A DNA stretch of 64,000 nucleotides from Spirochaetota bacterium. GTDB lineage: Bacteria > Spirochaetota > UBA4802 > JAFGDQ01. Made by a program: the position numbers and the translations under genes. The stretch is taken from positions 192,001 through 256,000 of the forward strand of contig JAZDKB010000009.1 of NCBI GenBank assembly GCA_043803405.1, given 5' to 3'. Under the pieces are notes generated by a model that was not told where the DNA came from, searched no databases, and was given only the letters and a program-made list of their open reading frames with translations. Of this stretch, positions 51,726-61,288 are shown piece by piece. Position 1 is the stretch's first letter. Each line of letters starts with the position of its first letter.

Positions 51726-52963
51726 TCGGTTTCCCTGCAAACACCCAGAGTCGGCTCTGAATAAGCATTATATAAGATGTCGTCCTTAAGCATCACAGCC
51801 GAAACGTCGTGAAGAATTTGCGATTCCGATATAAGCTGCCTTCCTTCCGCGTGAACGACATCCTTTCCGCTGCCCAGTAATCTCGGAGTAATAAAGTAAA
51901 TGAACTGATCTATTTCACCTGCGTCGAAAAATGAACCTGCTGCAGTTCCGCCTCCTTCAACCATAACCGTCATTTTACCGCGATTGTATAATTCATGCAG
52001 AACGATTCGCACCAGTTCTTTTCCCGTATTCCATTGAGTAAATATTATATTCTTCGATTTTATTAGCCCGTTAATATCATCCGATTCGTTTTCTTTTAAT
52101 ATTTTTTCTTTTTTTGCTTCATCAACAAAAAGTAAAAAATTATTATCTTTAAAAATTTTTTTATTAAAATCGATCTTTTCGGGTGAGCCTATCACAACCC
52201 GCAAAGGCGAAACCAGGGAATCGATTTTAATTTGTTTTAAAAGCATTTCAATAAAAAAACTCCCCCTGCCCGTTATTTTAAATTCAGATCTTCTGAAATA
52301 TTCTTTAACAGTATCCTTAAATGAATCGAGTCTTACATCCAGACCGGGATCATCCTTAAGCATTGTATTCTTTCCGATAATTACTGCATCCATGATTGAC
52401 CGGAGCTTATGCGCTACATATCTGGAATAGTCGGAGGAAATCCATTTTGAATCCCCGGATTTTGCCGCAATCTTTCCATCAAGCGTAAGCGCCGATTTAT
52501 GGATTATATAAGGAGTCTTTTTAAAAATATATTTTTTAAAATGTCTTATAAGGTCATAAGCTCTTTCGGACATATCAGACATAAAAACTACATCAATTCC
52601 CGCGTTCCGTAACGTTTCCACTCCTTTGCCTGCGACAGCGGGATTCGGATCCAGCACGGGAATATAGACACGCGATATTTTCGATGCCTTTATGGCGTCG
52701 GTGCATGGCGGTGTACGTTTATCGTAGTGGCAGCAAGGTTCAAGGGATACATACATTTCTGCGCCGGATACATCCGTGCGTGCGTTTTTTAAAGCGTAAA
52801 CTTCAGCATGATCCGAACCGCAAGGCGCAGTGCCTCCCGTCGATATAATTTCCCCGTTCTTTACAATAACAGCGCCCACCGAAGGATTCGGGGATGTTTT
52901 ACCAAGCCGTGAGAATCCGATCTCGAGCGCCAGTTCCATTAGCTTTCTGCTATTCTCCGACAC
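51710..52963 (-). CDS. ribD: Bifunctional riboflavin deaminase/reductase
   Basis: PNPSVGAV, HAE, LEPCCH...PPC, LDGKIA, SKWIS, VEGGG. Confidence 0.95.
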   Translation of the reverse strand: MSENSRKLMELALEIGFSRLGKTSPNPSVGAVIVKNGEIISTGGTAPCGSDHAEVYALKNARTDVSGAEMYVSLEPCCHYDKRTPPCTDAIKASKISRVYIPVLDPNPAVAGKGVETLRNAGIDVVFMSDMSERAYDLIRHFKKYIFKKTPYIIHKSALTLDGKIAAKSGDSKWISSDYSRYVAHKLRSIMDAVIIGKNTMLKDDPGLDVRLDSFKDTVKEYFRRSEFKITGRGSFFIEMLLKQIKIDSLVSPLRVVIGSPEKIDFNKKIFKDNNFLLFVDEAKKEKILKENESDDINGLIKSKNIIFTQWNTGKELVRIVLHELYNRGKMTVMVEGGGTAAGSFFDAGEIDQFIYFITPRLLGSGKDVVHAEGRQLISESQILHDVSAVMLKDDILYNAYSEPTLGVCRETECLQD

Positions 52964-53885
52964 TGCCTACTCCATATTGCTCATATAATTTTTTTCTATC
53001 ATCCGATAAATTTAATTTTTGAGTTAAAGAATCTTTTAAATCATTTACCGCAGAATCATTATAACTTTTTGCAGATAAATATCCGCCTATGATGCTGCCA
53101 CCGTAAAAAAAAGTCGCTGCAGTCCCGACGAATACCCCGATTGCTTTATTATCTGTCTTAAACGAGTAATATGTTAAAGCAGACAATACTGAAATCAGAA
53201 AAAATGCAATTACGCCTGTCGCAGTCCGGTCGGCATAAACGTAACCCATACCGGGTATTGCTCCCAAAGCAATAGCATTGCAAGGGTTTTTTAAGTTCGC
53301 GTAAATTTCATCACTATAATCAATTAACTCGAAAATGTTTTTGTTTGCATCATTAAGACCGATATTTATTTTTTTATTATATACAATACTCTTTGCTTCA
53401 TCAAGCTTTTTCAGCATTATGTATGAAAGTAAAGTCCTTTTATACAAATAAAGATTAAAATCATCGCCTGCTGAATTTGTAATTGAATTAGCCAGGTTAA
53501 CTGCTTTAATGAATTCATTATTATGAATAAAAGCATCACTTATAAAAACAGAATGGATTGCATTCATCCTTAAATCAGTTCTAAAGTTCATCAGAAGAAT
53601 ATCAGAATACCTGCGCCCGTTATAAAGCAGAAAAAGCTCCGTAGTAAAATAAGTATTATTATTTATATATCCGGGATAATATGAATTTAAACGTTTTAAT
53701 TCCGAATATGCCCTGTAATACTCATTCTGTGAAATGAGATGTTTAACAAATCCAAGCATGCTGCCGGCGCTGTATTCTTTAACGGTTGTTTCAGCACTCT
53801 GATTTGTATTCGAATAAACAATCGTTGGAATTAATTGTAATAGTAAAAAAGCAGCTAATAAAATTAATTTTAAAGATAATATCAC
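52950..53885 (-). CDS. Hypothetical exported TPR-like/membrane protein
   Basis: Signal peptide, EYYRAYSELKR, AIPGMGYVY plus C-terminal TM hairpin; overlaps the ribD start. Confidence 0.65.
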   Translation of the reverse strand: MILSLKLILLAAFLLLQLIPTIVYSNTNQSAETTVKEYSAGSMLGFVKHLISQNEYYRAYSELKRLNSYYPGYINNNTYFTTELFLLYNGRRYSDILLMNFRTDLRMNAIHSVFISDAFIHNNEFIKAVNLANSITNSAGDDFNLYLYKRTLLSYIMLKKLDEAKSIVYNKKINIGLNDANKNIFELIDYSDEIYANLKNPCNAIALGAIPGMGYVYADRTATGVIAFFLISVLSALTYYSFKTDNKAIGVFVGTAATFFYGGSIIGGYLSAKSYNDSAVNDLKDSLTQKLNLSDDRKKLYEQYGVGSVGE

Positions 53886-53893
53886 AATTTATT

Positions 53894-54778
53894 CTATTTA
53901 GAAGTTAATTTCTCCCACCAGAGGACCACCGGAGACGCGATATATATAGTGGAATAAGATCCGACAATAAGACCGAATATCAGCACCTTGGAAAAGCTGT
54001 GAAGTGCTTCGCCGCCCAGAAAAAAAATCGCTATAACCGAAAATAATGTCAGCATGGATGTCAGTATCGTTCTTCCCAGCATTTGAGATACTGATTTATT
54101 AATAATATCACTGAACATCTGCTTGGACTCGATATTTATGTTCTCTCTAATCCGGTCAAAAATTACAATAGTATCATTTACGGAATATCCGGCAAGTGTA
54201 AGGATTGCAGATATGACAGGTATGTCCATTTCAATTCTCATTATGCCGCAAAAAGCCATTGAAAGGGCAATATCGTGTAAAAGTGCAGTTATTGCGCCTA
54301 CGGCATATTTAAACTCAAATCTGAATGCCAGGTAAACCATTATCAGGACAAGGGCAATTATTATACTATATAAAGCTGATTTCCTGAGATAGGCGCCAAT
54401 TGCAGGCCCCACAGTTTCAACACTGATAACATCCAGTTTTTTAAATTCTTTATCCAGAGCGCCTTTGACTATCTGATAACTTTTTTCCGATGTCTCGCCT
54501 TCGCCGTGAAGCTTACTGCCGATTATGTAGTTATTGTCCTCTTCTTTACCTATTTGCTGCACAGTGGCACTGACATTGTTTTTAGTAAAAACGCCTCTTA
54601 TTTTAGCAATATCAACTCCCTTTTCGAATTTTATTATAGTCTTAACTCCGCCGTTAAAATCAATCCCCCAGTTAAAGCCATCATTCAAATAAGTCGCAAA
54701 TGAAAAGATTACGATTAAAGCAATAGACACCCCGATAGCAATAAATCTGTACTTTAGAAAATCAACTATTCTTTCCAA
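53894..54778 (-). CDS. secF: Protein translocase subunit SecF
   Basis: GIDFNGG, VGPAIG, HDI, GYSVNDTIVIFDRIRE, GSYSTIYIA. Confidence 0.97.
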   Translation of the reverse strand: MERIVDFLKYRFIAIGVSIALIVIFSFATYLNDGFNWGIDFNGGVKTIIKFEKGVDIAKIRGVFTKNNVSATVQQIGKEEDNNYIIGSKLHGEGETSEKSYQIVKGALDKEFKKLDVISVETVGPAIGAYLRKSALYSIIIALVLIMVYLAFRFEFKYAVGAITALLHDIALSMAFCGIMRIEMDIPVISAILTLAGYSVNDTIVIFDRIRENINIESKQMFSDIINKSVSQMLGRTILTSMLTLFSVIAIFFLGGEALHSFSKVLIFGLIVGSYSTIYIASPVVLWWEKLTSK

Positions 54779-54788
54779 GGGAGACTCC

Positions 54789-56600
54789 TTATATACTTAG
54801 CTTATTAATATTTTTTTTAAATGAGATCAATTCAAATACGTACTTAGTAACAACCAAAGCTACGAACATGGTAGCCACAATACCAACAGCAAGCGTAACA
54901 GCAAAACCCTTAACCGGCCCGGTTCCATACTGGAAAAGAACAAAAGCCGCAATTAGAGTAGTCAGGTTTGAGTCAAAAATAGCCCAGAATGCCCTGTTAA
55001 AACCATTGGTAATTGCCATTCTTGCTGACTTTCCGCTTTTAAGCTCTTCTTTTATTCTTTCATATATAATTACATTTGAGTCAACCGCCATACCGATATT
55101 AAGGAGCATTCCGGCGATGCCCGGTAATGTCAGGGTAAATCCAAGCCAGGACAATGTTGCAAATAAAAAGATCGTATTTAATATGAGGCCGATAACGCCG
55201 ATTACCCCTGCCAGCTTATAATAGATAATCATAAACAGCCCGATTCCTGCAGTTCCTACAATAACAGCATTGATCATAGACGCGATTGAATCCTGCCCAA
55301 GCGTAGGCCCGACTGTGGTTTCCTGAACAATAGTCAGATCAACAGGCAATGCTCCTTCCTGGATAATTCTGGCCAGGGCATTTACTTCATCCAAAGTAAA
55401 ATCGCCTGTAATTTGTGCGCTGCCTGTAACAATAGGATCATTGATCCTAGGCGCGCTTCTGATTTTATTATCTATTATAATTGCAAGTCTTTTCCCTTTG
55501 TTTTCCTGTGCCGTTACTTTGGCGAATTTTGCGGCTCCATCGGTAGTAGTAGTAAATTGAACGATTAACGCGCCATATTCGTCATGCCCAACATACGCTT
55601 TGCTTATGTCATTGCCGGATAACGCAACAGTCTTCTGAAGAACCATTATATCCGTGGGAAAAATCTTTTTGGTTTTTGCGTCTCTGTTATAGAGGAATAA
55701 TATTTCAAGGTTCCACGGCAGCTTTATTTCTTTTGAGATGTTTGATGTTAATGCCTCCTGAGCATCGGGCAATTCGGGCAGGCTCTTATTCCTGTAATTT
55801 GCAGCCAGCCAGCCCCCGGCCTTTAAGCTGTAGGCATCATCGACAATCCTGTATTGAACACTCCCCGTAGTGCCGATGGCGTTTTTAACAGCTTTAGGAT
55901 CCTTTACTCCCGGAAGTTGTATTTCTATAGCCTCATTACCCCTCTGAAGTATCGACGGCTCTGCAACGCCAAATTTATCAACTCTGTTGCGGAGCATTTC
56001 AAGCGCCTGCTCCGTAATTTCATTTTTAAAATTATCTCTTAGTTCATTCGCGTTGTTAAGCCTGTTGTCATTAATATCTTTTAGTAAATTATCAATTTCT
56101 TTTAACTCTTTCTCACCGGTTTCCTTATCTGATTTTCCTTTACCGGGTGTTTTTGCTTCGAGTAATTTCTTTTTCTCAATAAGCTGTTCTCTTTCAGCCA
56201 TATATTGCTTCTTTATTTTTTCAAAATTAGCCATCATGACTAAATCCATTCCGCCCTGCAGGTCAAGGCCAAAATTTACTTTCTTAGCAAGAAATGCTTT
56301 TTCCGCCCAGTGAGGAAGTATTTTCACATCTTTAACGCCTTTAAAAATTTTTACTTCGTTCATAACTGCATCCGTAATTTTTAGGCCGGACGCTTCTATT
56401 CCAACCCTGCCTTCTGTCTTAGTTATATTAAATCTGTCAGCCGGAAACCTTTTTAAAATTGTTTGTATTTCATCAGGAGAAGCATCGCTTGTAAGTATGA
56501 TCTCCATGTTTTTTGTTCCGACAGAAGGAAGCACAAGAATAATCGTAAAAATAATAACAACGATTATAATGATTCCTTTATAAACCATACCTTTATTCAT
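54789..56600 (-). CDS. secD: Protein translocase subunit SecD
   Basis: GLDLQGG, RVDKFGVAEP, GALP, VGPTLG, GMAVDSNVIIYERIKEE. Confidence 0.97.
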   Translation of the reverse strand: MNKGMVYKGIIIIVVIIFTIILVLPSVGTKNMEIILTSDASPDEIQTILKRFPADRFNITKTEGRVGIEASGLKITDAVMNEVKIFKGVKDVKILPHWAEKAFLAKKVNFGLDLQGGMDLVMMANFEKIKKQYMAEREQLIEKKKLLEAKTPGKGKSDKETGEKELKEIDNLLKDINDNRLNNANELRDNFKNEITEQALEMLRNRVDKFGVAEPSILQRGNEAIEIQLPGVKDPKAVKNAIGTTGSVQYRIVDDAYSLKAGGWLAANYRNKSLPELPDAQEALTSNISKEIKLPWNLEILFLYNRDAKTKKIFPTDIMVLQKTVALSGNDISKAYVGHDEYGALIVQFTTTTDGAAKFAKVTAQENKGKRLAIIIDNKIRSAPRINDPIVTGSAQITGDFTLDEVNALARIIQEGALPVDLTIVQETTVGPTLGQDSIASMINAVIVGTAGIGLFMIIYYKLAGVIGVIGLILNTIFLFATLSWLGFTLTLPGIAGMLLNIGMAVDSNVIIYERIKEELKSGKSARMAITNGFNRAFWAIFDSNLTTLIAAFVLFQYGTGPVKGFAVTLAVGIVATMFVALVVTKYVFELISFKKNINKLSI

Positions 56601-56644
56601 CTTAGCCTCTTATTTCCAGAAAATATAACTAGTTTATTACAAAA

Positions 56645-56672
56645 GTAAAGACGCATAGATATGCGTCTGTAG
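56645..56672. repeat. Degenerate copy of the GTAG-type REP palindrome
   Basis: GTAAAGACGCATAGATATGCGTCTGTAG vs GTAGAGACGCACGGCCGTGCGTCTCTAC at 36680. Confidence 0.55.
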
Positions 56673-56714
56673 CCCGGCCTAAGGCTGGAAGGAAAAAACA
56701 ATAATTTTTTTCCG

Positions 56715-57359
56715 CTAATCGCCGGGAAACCTCCTTAAGACCTTTTTATCCCCTTGTGTTTTTGACCTGATTTTAAATAAAATGATAATTCCGAGTATTA
56801 AACAAACCAAAAATATTTTAACTAATAGATCCGAAGTGCTTTTTTTTAAGCCAAATAAGCCTTTCGCGTTTTCTTCGGCAACAGGATTTTCCGCTTTAAC
56901 ATTGCCGGAATCTGTAATTTTTTCATCAACCCGCTTTTCATTAACTAAGGTAATTCCCGGGATCCTTCTGTACTTAAAATCTCCCTCACTGATTTCCAGG
57001 AGATTATTGCTGTTAACGGGTTTATCCGCGACTATTTTAATATTAGTTAATTGTTTCTGTTCTGCTGTTTTAGCATTTATATTTTCGCTTGCTTTAATAG
57101 TTTTGGCAGGTTTGTCATTCTGCGTCTTTTGATTATTCGCCGGCTCTTCTGCTGAATTTTCGGATTTATTTTTTATTATTTCTTTTATATTATTTTGAGA
57201 AGGAGAAACATCCGTTGTCTTCTCCGGCTTATTTCCAACCTCAGCAGCAGGTTCCGGCCCGGGTAAATTCTCAGTTCCGGAATTACTCTGCTGTCCCGGG
57301 AGTTCGGCTGTAATAAAAGATAATAAAAAAAATAGTGATATAAATAGCGCTTTTTTCAT
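56715..57359 (-). CDS. Hypothetical protein between yajC and secD (signal peptide, low-complexity linker, C-terminal TM)
   Basis: MKKALFISLFFLLSF..., N/E/K/P-rich middle, FKYRRIPGI, C-terminal TM + basic tail. Confidence 0.7.
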   Translation of the reverse strand: MKKALFISLFFLLSFITAELPGQQSNSGTENLPGPEPAAEVGNKPEKTTDVSPSQNNIKEIIKNKSENSAEEPANNQKTQNDKPAKTIKASENINAKTAEQKQLTNIKIVADKPVNSNNLLEISEGDFKYRRIPGITLVNEKRVDEKITDSGNVKAENPVAEENAKGLFGLKKSTSDLLVKIFLVCLILGIIILFKIRSKTQGDKKVLRRFPGD

Positions 57360-57510
57360 TTTATTTTTTATAACTACCCGCAATTCTGAATTTAAAAAAT
57401 TTTATTTTATTAGAAACTAAAATAGAATTTCCTCAGCAATTAGTAGTTAACTAACAGGTGCTTTGTATAAAAATTGAAATATATACTATCTGAAAACTTT
57501 AAGTATAAAT

Positions 57511-57834
57511 TTAGGATACTTTCATTTGAATTGCGGATTTTGCAAAATCCACTTTCGCGCCGTCGGAAATCTTTAAAACGACAATTCCCTCTTCTTTTTT
57601 TATATTAACAACAACACCGTACATACCGCCGGTTGTTATAACTTTATCACCCTTATCGAGCTGCTCTATCATTTTTTTCCTGTCTTTCTCTTTCTTCTGG
57701 TTAGGTCTGATAAGTAAAAAATAAAATATTACAAGAATGGCAGCAGGCAGAATAAGCATACTTAATCCGCCGCCGGATTGCCCTGCAGCAGCGGCCTGAT
57801 CTTGAGCATAAGCTGATGAAATTAACTGTAACAA
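57511..57834 (-). CDS. yajC: Preprotein translocase subunit YajC
   Basis: FYFLLIRPNQKK, LDKGDKVITTGGMYG; TTG start with GGAGG. Confidence 0.95.
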   Translation of the reverse strand: MLQLISSAYAQDQAAAAGQSGGGLSMLILPAAILVIFYFLLIRPNQKKEKDRKKMIEQLDKGDKVITTGGMYGVVVNIKKEEGIVVLKISDGAKVDFAKSAIQMKVS

Positions 57835-57936
57835 TTTAATCCTCCAATTATTTTTATAATTTATTGAATTTTTAAAATTAAATTAAATATGTCAACCCTT
57901 TAATGTTTAGATATTAGAAATAATTAATTGAATTTA

Positions 57937-58629
57937 TTAATAAATGACAACAGGTATATTAAGTTTGACATATTTATCAAGATTGATAATGTCATTGTTA
58001 TGCATTCTAATACATCCGCTTGAGGCAAGCTGACCTATAGAAGGGTCATCGCTGGTCCCGTGTATTGCTATACCTGATCCGATCGAAAGTGTTTTCCCTT
58101 TGAATTTAGGTATGAGTCCTTTAATCAATGCTTCGTCATATCTCTTCTTATCATTATTGTTAGGATAATCAACCCTGAAAAAACGCGGCCCGTATGCATT
58201 ATATCCAAGGTCTATGTCCTTTTTACCGAACTTATAGTGCCCTTCGTTAGCCTTAAAATAAACCGTATTCATATCCCTTAGTTTTTTATACGAAACAGTC
58301 TTCTTATCCGCATCCAGGCTTAAAATTTCACTTATACTGTAAATACCCTCCGGTGTCCGGTTATCTCCTGCGCATAATTTTGCCTTTTTATCCGGATTTA
58401 ATCCATAACCAATTTTATAACTGACAGCAATGCTTAAATCCCTGTTGCAAACATAAATGTTAAAATCCTTTTTTGATATACAAATAATATGATCACCTTT
58501 ATAATGTTTAAAAATTATTTTTATCTGTGATTCTATAACCGGATCAATAGACCCGGCTAGCAATACATTTGCACAAATTGCAAATATTAAAAACAATCCC
58601 GTGGTAATCCATTTTCTGTATTTTCTCAT
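57937..58629 (-). CDS. L,D-transpeptidase (YkuD family)
   Basis: GDNRTPEGIY, YPN, IAIHG...SSGCIRM. Confidence 0.9.
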   Translation of the reverse strand: MRKYRKWITTGLFLIFAICANVLLAGSIDPVIESQIKIIFKHYKGDHIICISKKDFNIYVCNRDLSIAVSYKIGYGLNPDKKAKLCAGDNRTPEGIYSISEILSLDADKKTVSYKKLRDMNTVYFKANEGHYKFGKKDIDLGYNAYGPRFFRVDYPNNNDKKRYDEALIKGLIPKFKGKTLSIGSGIAIHGTSDDPSIGQLASSGCIRMHNNDIINLDKYVKLNIPVVIY

Positions 58630-58801
58630 TTATAATTTTCCTTAATAAAATTCCCCTGGGCAAGCCCGCGGTGCTTTCGCACTGGTTTCCGCCTTTGACG
58701 TCAGTAATGTATTCTGTCACAATGTGCAGAAATAATGATCTGACAACTAAAATACTATTCAAGTATTAATGTTTTCCGATAAAGAATCTTATTAAATAAT
58801 A

Positions 58802-59578
58802 CTATTTAGTAATGCCCCTGGCGGATGATTTTATAAACCGTATCAGCTCGTCTATATCCTTATTATCTTTTATTGCAAGTAATTCCTCAAGCGCCTGCGT
58901 TACATTTTTCCCTGACCTGTAAATTATTTTATATGCTTCCTTGATTGTTTTACGTCTTTCCGGAGAAAATTCCCTTCTGCGTAAACCTATAACATTAACC
59001 CCTGCAACCATTGCGGGATTGCCTTCAGTAGTCATAAATGTCGGACAGTCTTTTACTATTCTGGCAAGCCCGCCAATCATTGCGTATTTGCCTACGCGCA
59101 CGAACTGATGAAATCCGCAAAGTCCCGAAACAAACGCAAAGTCGTCTATTTCCACATAACCCGCAAGCATTGAATTGTTTGCAATAGTGACATTATTCCC
59201 GACTTTAGTATTATGAGCCAGATGCACACCGCCCATTAAATAACAGTTGCTTCCCAGTTCAGTTGCCGAACCTTCTTTTGTGCCCCTGTGTATCTGCACA
59301 AATTCCCTTATAATATTATTATCTCCTATTGTGACAAATGTTGCGTTGCCGTTATATGCTGTATCCTGCGGCGGCGCCCCAATATGTGCGGAATGCCCTA
59401 TCCTGTTGTCGCTCCCTATCTTAACATTGCCCTCAATATGCGCGCAATGTCCGATTTCCGTGTTATGGCCGATAGCGATATCTCCACAGAGATAAGCGTA
59501 GGGACCTATCTTTACATTATCGCCTATAGAGACATTCCCTTCAATGATGGCTGTTTTATGAATCAAATCACTTCCCAT
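58802..59578 (-). CDS. lpxA: UDP-N-acetylglucosamine O-acyltransferase
   Basis: IHKTAII, hexapeptide repeats, PQD, IREFVQIHRGT, HLAHN, HQF, NVIGLRRR. Confidence 0.95.
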   Translation of the reverse strand: MGSDLIHKTAIIEGNVSIGDNVKIGPYAYLCGDIAIGHNTEIGHCAHIEGNVKIGSDNRIGHSAHIGAPPQDTAYNGNATFVTIGDNNIIREFVQIHRGTKEGSATELGSNCYLMGGVHLAHNTKVGNNVTIANNSMLAGYVEIDDFAFVSGLCGFHQFVRVGKYAMIGGLARIVKDCPTFMTTEGNPAMVAGVNVIGLRRREFSPERRKTIKEAYKIIYRSGKNVTQALEELLAIKDNKDIDELIRFIKSSARGITK

Positions 59579-59677
59579 TTTGTTATTAATCCCGGCTTAA
59601 TAAATTACTTATCTTAACTGACTTTTTCCGTAATATTATTGTTAAATTATGGATAAATGTCAGTCAAGTTGAGTAAT

Positions 59678-60691
59678 TTATCGTTTATTTATTTTGTCCT
59701 CAATCACTTTTACTCTTTTTAATAATTCCGGAAGATATTTAAGAGCAGCAAAAATTCTGTGATGTTCCTTTGCTGGCCTGGCAGGAGTGCCGGCAAATAT
59801 ATCCGCTTTTTTTATGTTATTGTGAATTGCGCTTTGACCCATTATTATAGTATTATCAGGAATGACAACATGATCTGCAACTGCAACCTGACCGGATATT
59901 ATAACATTGCTGCCGATAGTTGCAGACCCTCCTATCACTGTCTGTGCTAAAATAAAACATTTTTGTCCGATTTTAACATTATGGGCAATATGAACCAGAT
60001 TATCAAGCTTAGTGTCATTCCCGATTTCCGTTTTATCCACGGTCGCCCTGTCTATGGCACAATTGGCACCTATTTCAACCCTGTCCCCGATCTTAACAAT
60101 CCCTGTCTGGGGGATCTTAATTATTTCATTGTCTTTTTTATAAAATCCAAATCCATCGGAACCTATTACAGTGCCTGAATGCAGAATACATTCATTGCCG
60201 ACTGTACATCGTTCCCGCATTACAACACCGGAGTAAAGAATTGTGCCGGAACCGACTGAGCAATTACTTTCCAGTACGCAATTCGGATATATAAAACAAT
60301 TTGCTCCGACATTTGCTCCTTCCATTATAACAGCGCCTGCCATAACAGTTGCGCTTATATCTATATTTGCCTGTTCGCTGATTATTGCGTCTATGTCTGC
60401 GCAGCCGCTATCATATCTTCCGCGGCTGGGATTAAATATCCCAAGAAGTCTTATAAAAACGAGCCTGGGATCATCTGATTCAATGAATGGAATATTTCCG
60501 GTATTTAAACCGCGCGGGATTACAAGCGCTGCAGGATTTTTTGATTTTGCTTTTTCTAAAAATTTGGCGTTTTCAATATAAATAATTTTATTATTTGCCG
60601 ATACGCTCTCTAGGCTGCCTACACTGTCAATTTCAACATCTGCTCCAGCATATTCTTCATTAAGTATTCCGGCTATTTCAGAAAGTTTCAT
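59678..60691 (-). CDS. lpxD: UDP-3-O-acylglucosamine N-acyltransferase
   Basis: GSDGFGF, KIPQTG, VEIGANCAIDR, KLDNLVHIAHNV. Confidence 0.95.
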   Translation of the reverse strand: MKLSEIAGILNEEYAGADVEIDSVGSLESVSANNKIIYIENAKFLEKAKSKNPAALVIPRGLNTGNIPFIESDDPRLVFIRLLGIFNPSRGRYDSGCADIDAIISEQANIDISATVMAGAVIMEGANVGANCFIYPNCVLESNCSVGSGTILYSGVVMRERCTVGNECILHSGTVIGSDGFGFYKKDNEIIKIPQTGIVKIGDRVEIGANCAIDRATVDKTEIGNDTKLDNLVHIAHNVKIGQKCFILAQTVIGGSATIGSNVIISGQVAVADHVVIPDNTIIMGQSAIHNNIKKADIFAGTPARPAKEHHRIFAALKYLPELLKRVKVIEDKINKR

Positions 60692-60778
60692 TTCTTATAA
60701 TTCACTTCTCATTTTGACTGTGTTTCAGTATAAAAAATATAATTAAAAATTTATTTTAAAACAGCGATATATCAGGCA

Positions 60779-61285
60779 TTACCTTGAAACAGGAGCGCTT
60801 CGCTCCTTTTGCCTTATTATTTCCCTTAGCACTTCCTCTGTAATATCGTATTCCTTTTTAGCATACACAGCGCCCTCGCCTATATTAAAAACAAAATCTA
60901 TATCCGATTTTTTTGCAATATTCCCAAGAGCCGTATTTACCCGGTTAAGCATTATGCTTTTAAACTGTTCTTCATCGCTTTTTATCTTTGCGAATTCCTG
61001 CTTAAACTGCTTCTGTTTTTCAATGAGATCTTTTTTTACAACATCATCTTTCGCATCTGCAAGCCTGTTTGCAATGTCGTCCAGTTTATGAACAATATCT
61101 TCTTTGCGCCTGTTAAGAGCCCTGGAATCCGGATCATTATTGTTCATATAATTGAAGATAATATCTAAATTTACAAAGCGGAATTTGCCTGCGGCTGCTT
61201 CAGCGGGCTTACTCTCGCTTTTTTCTCCCATACTTGCGCAGGAAAATAATAATAAAAATAAAATTATACTTTTAATATAATTCAT
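60779..61285 (-). CDS. OmpH/Skp-like periplasmic chaperone, lipidated
   Basis: Lipobox LFSC, FRFVNLD, helical middle, VYAKKEYDITEEVL; located between bamA and lpxD. Confidence 0.75.
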   Translation of the reverse strand: MNYIKSIILFLLLFSCASMGEKSESKPAEAAAGKFRFVNLDIIFNYMNNNDPDSRALNRRKEDIVHKLDDIANRLADAKDDVVKKDLIEKQKQFKQEFAKIKSDEEQFKSIMLNRVNTALGNIAKKSDIDFVFNIGEGAVYAKKEYDITEEVLREIIRQKERSAPVSR

Positions 61286-61288
61286 GTT

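Noticed and set aside
52964..53100. FMN riboswitch upstream of ribD
   Set aside because: ribD overlaps the upstream CDS, so there is no leader or RFN motif.
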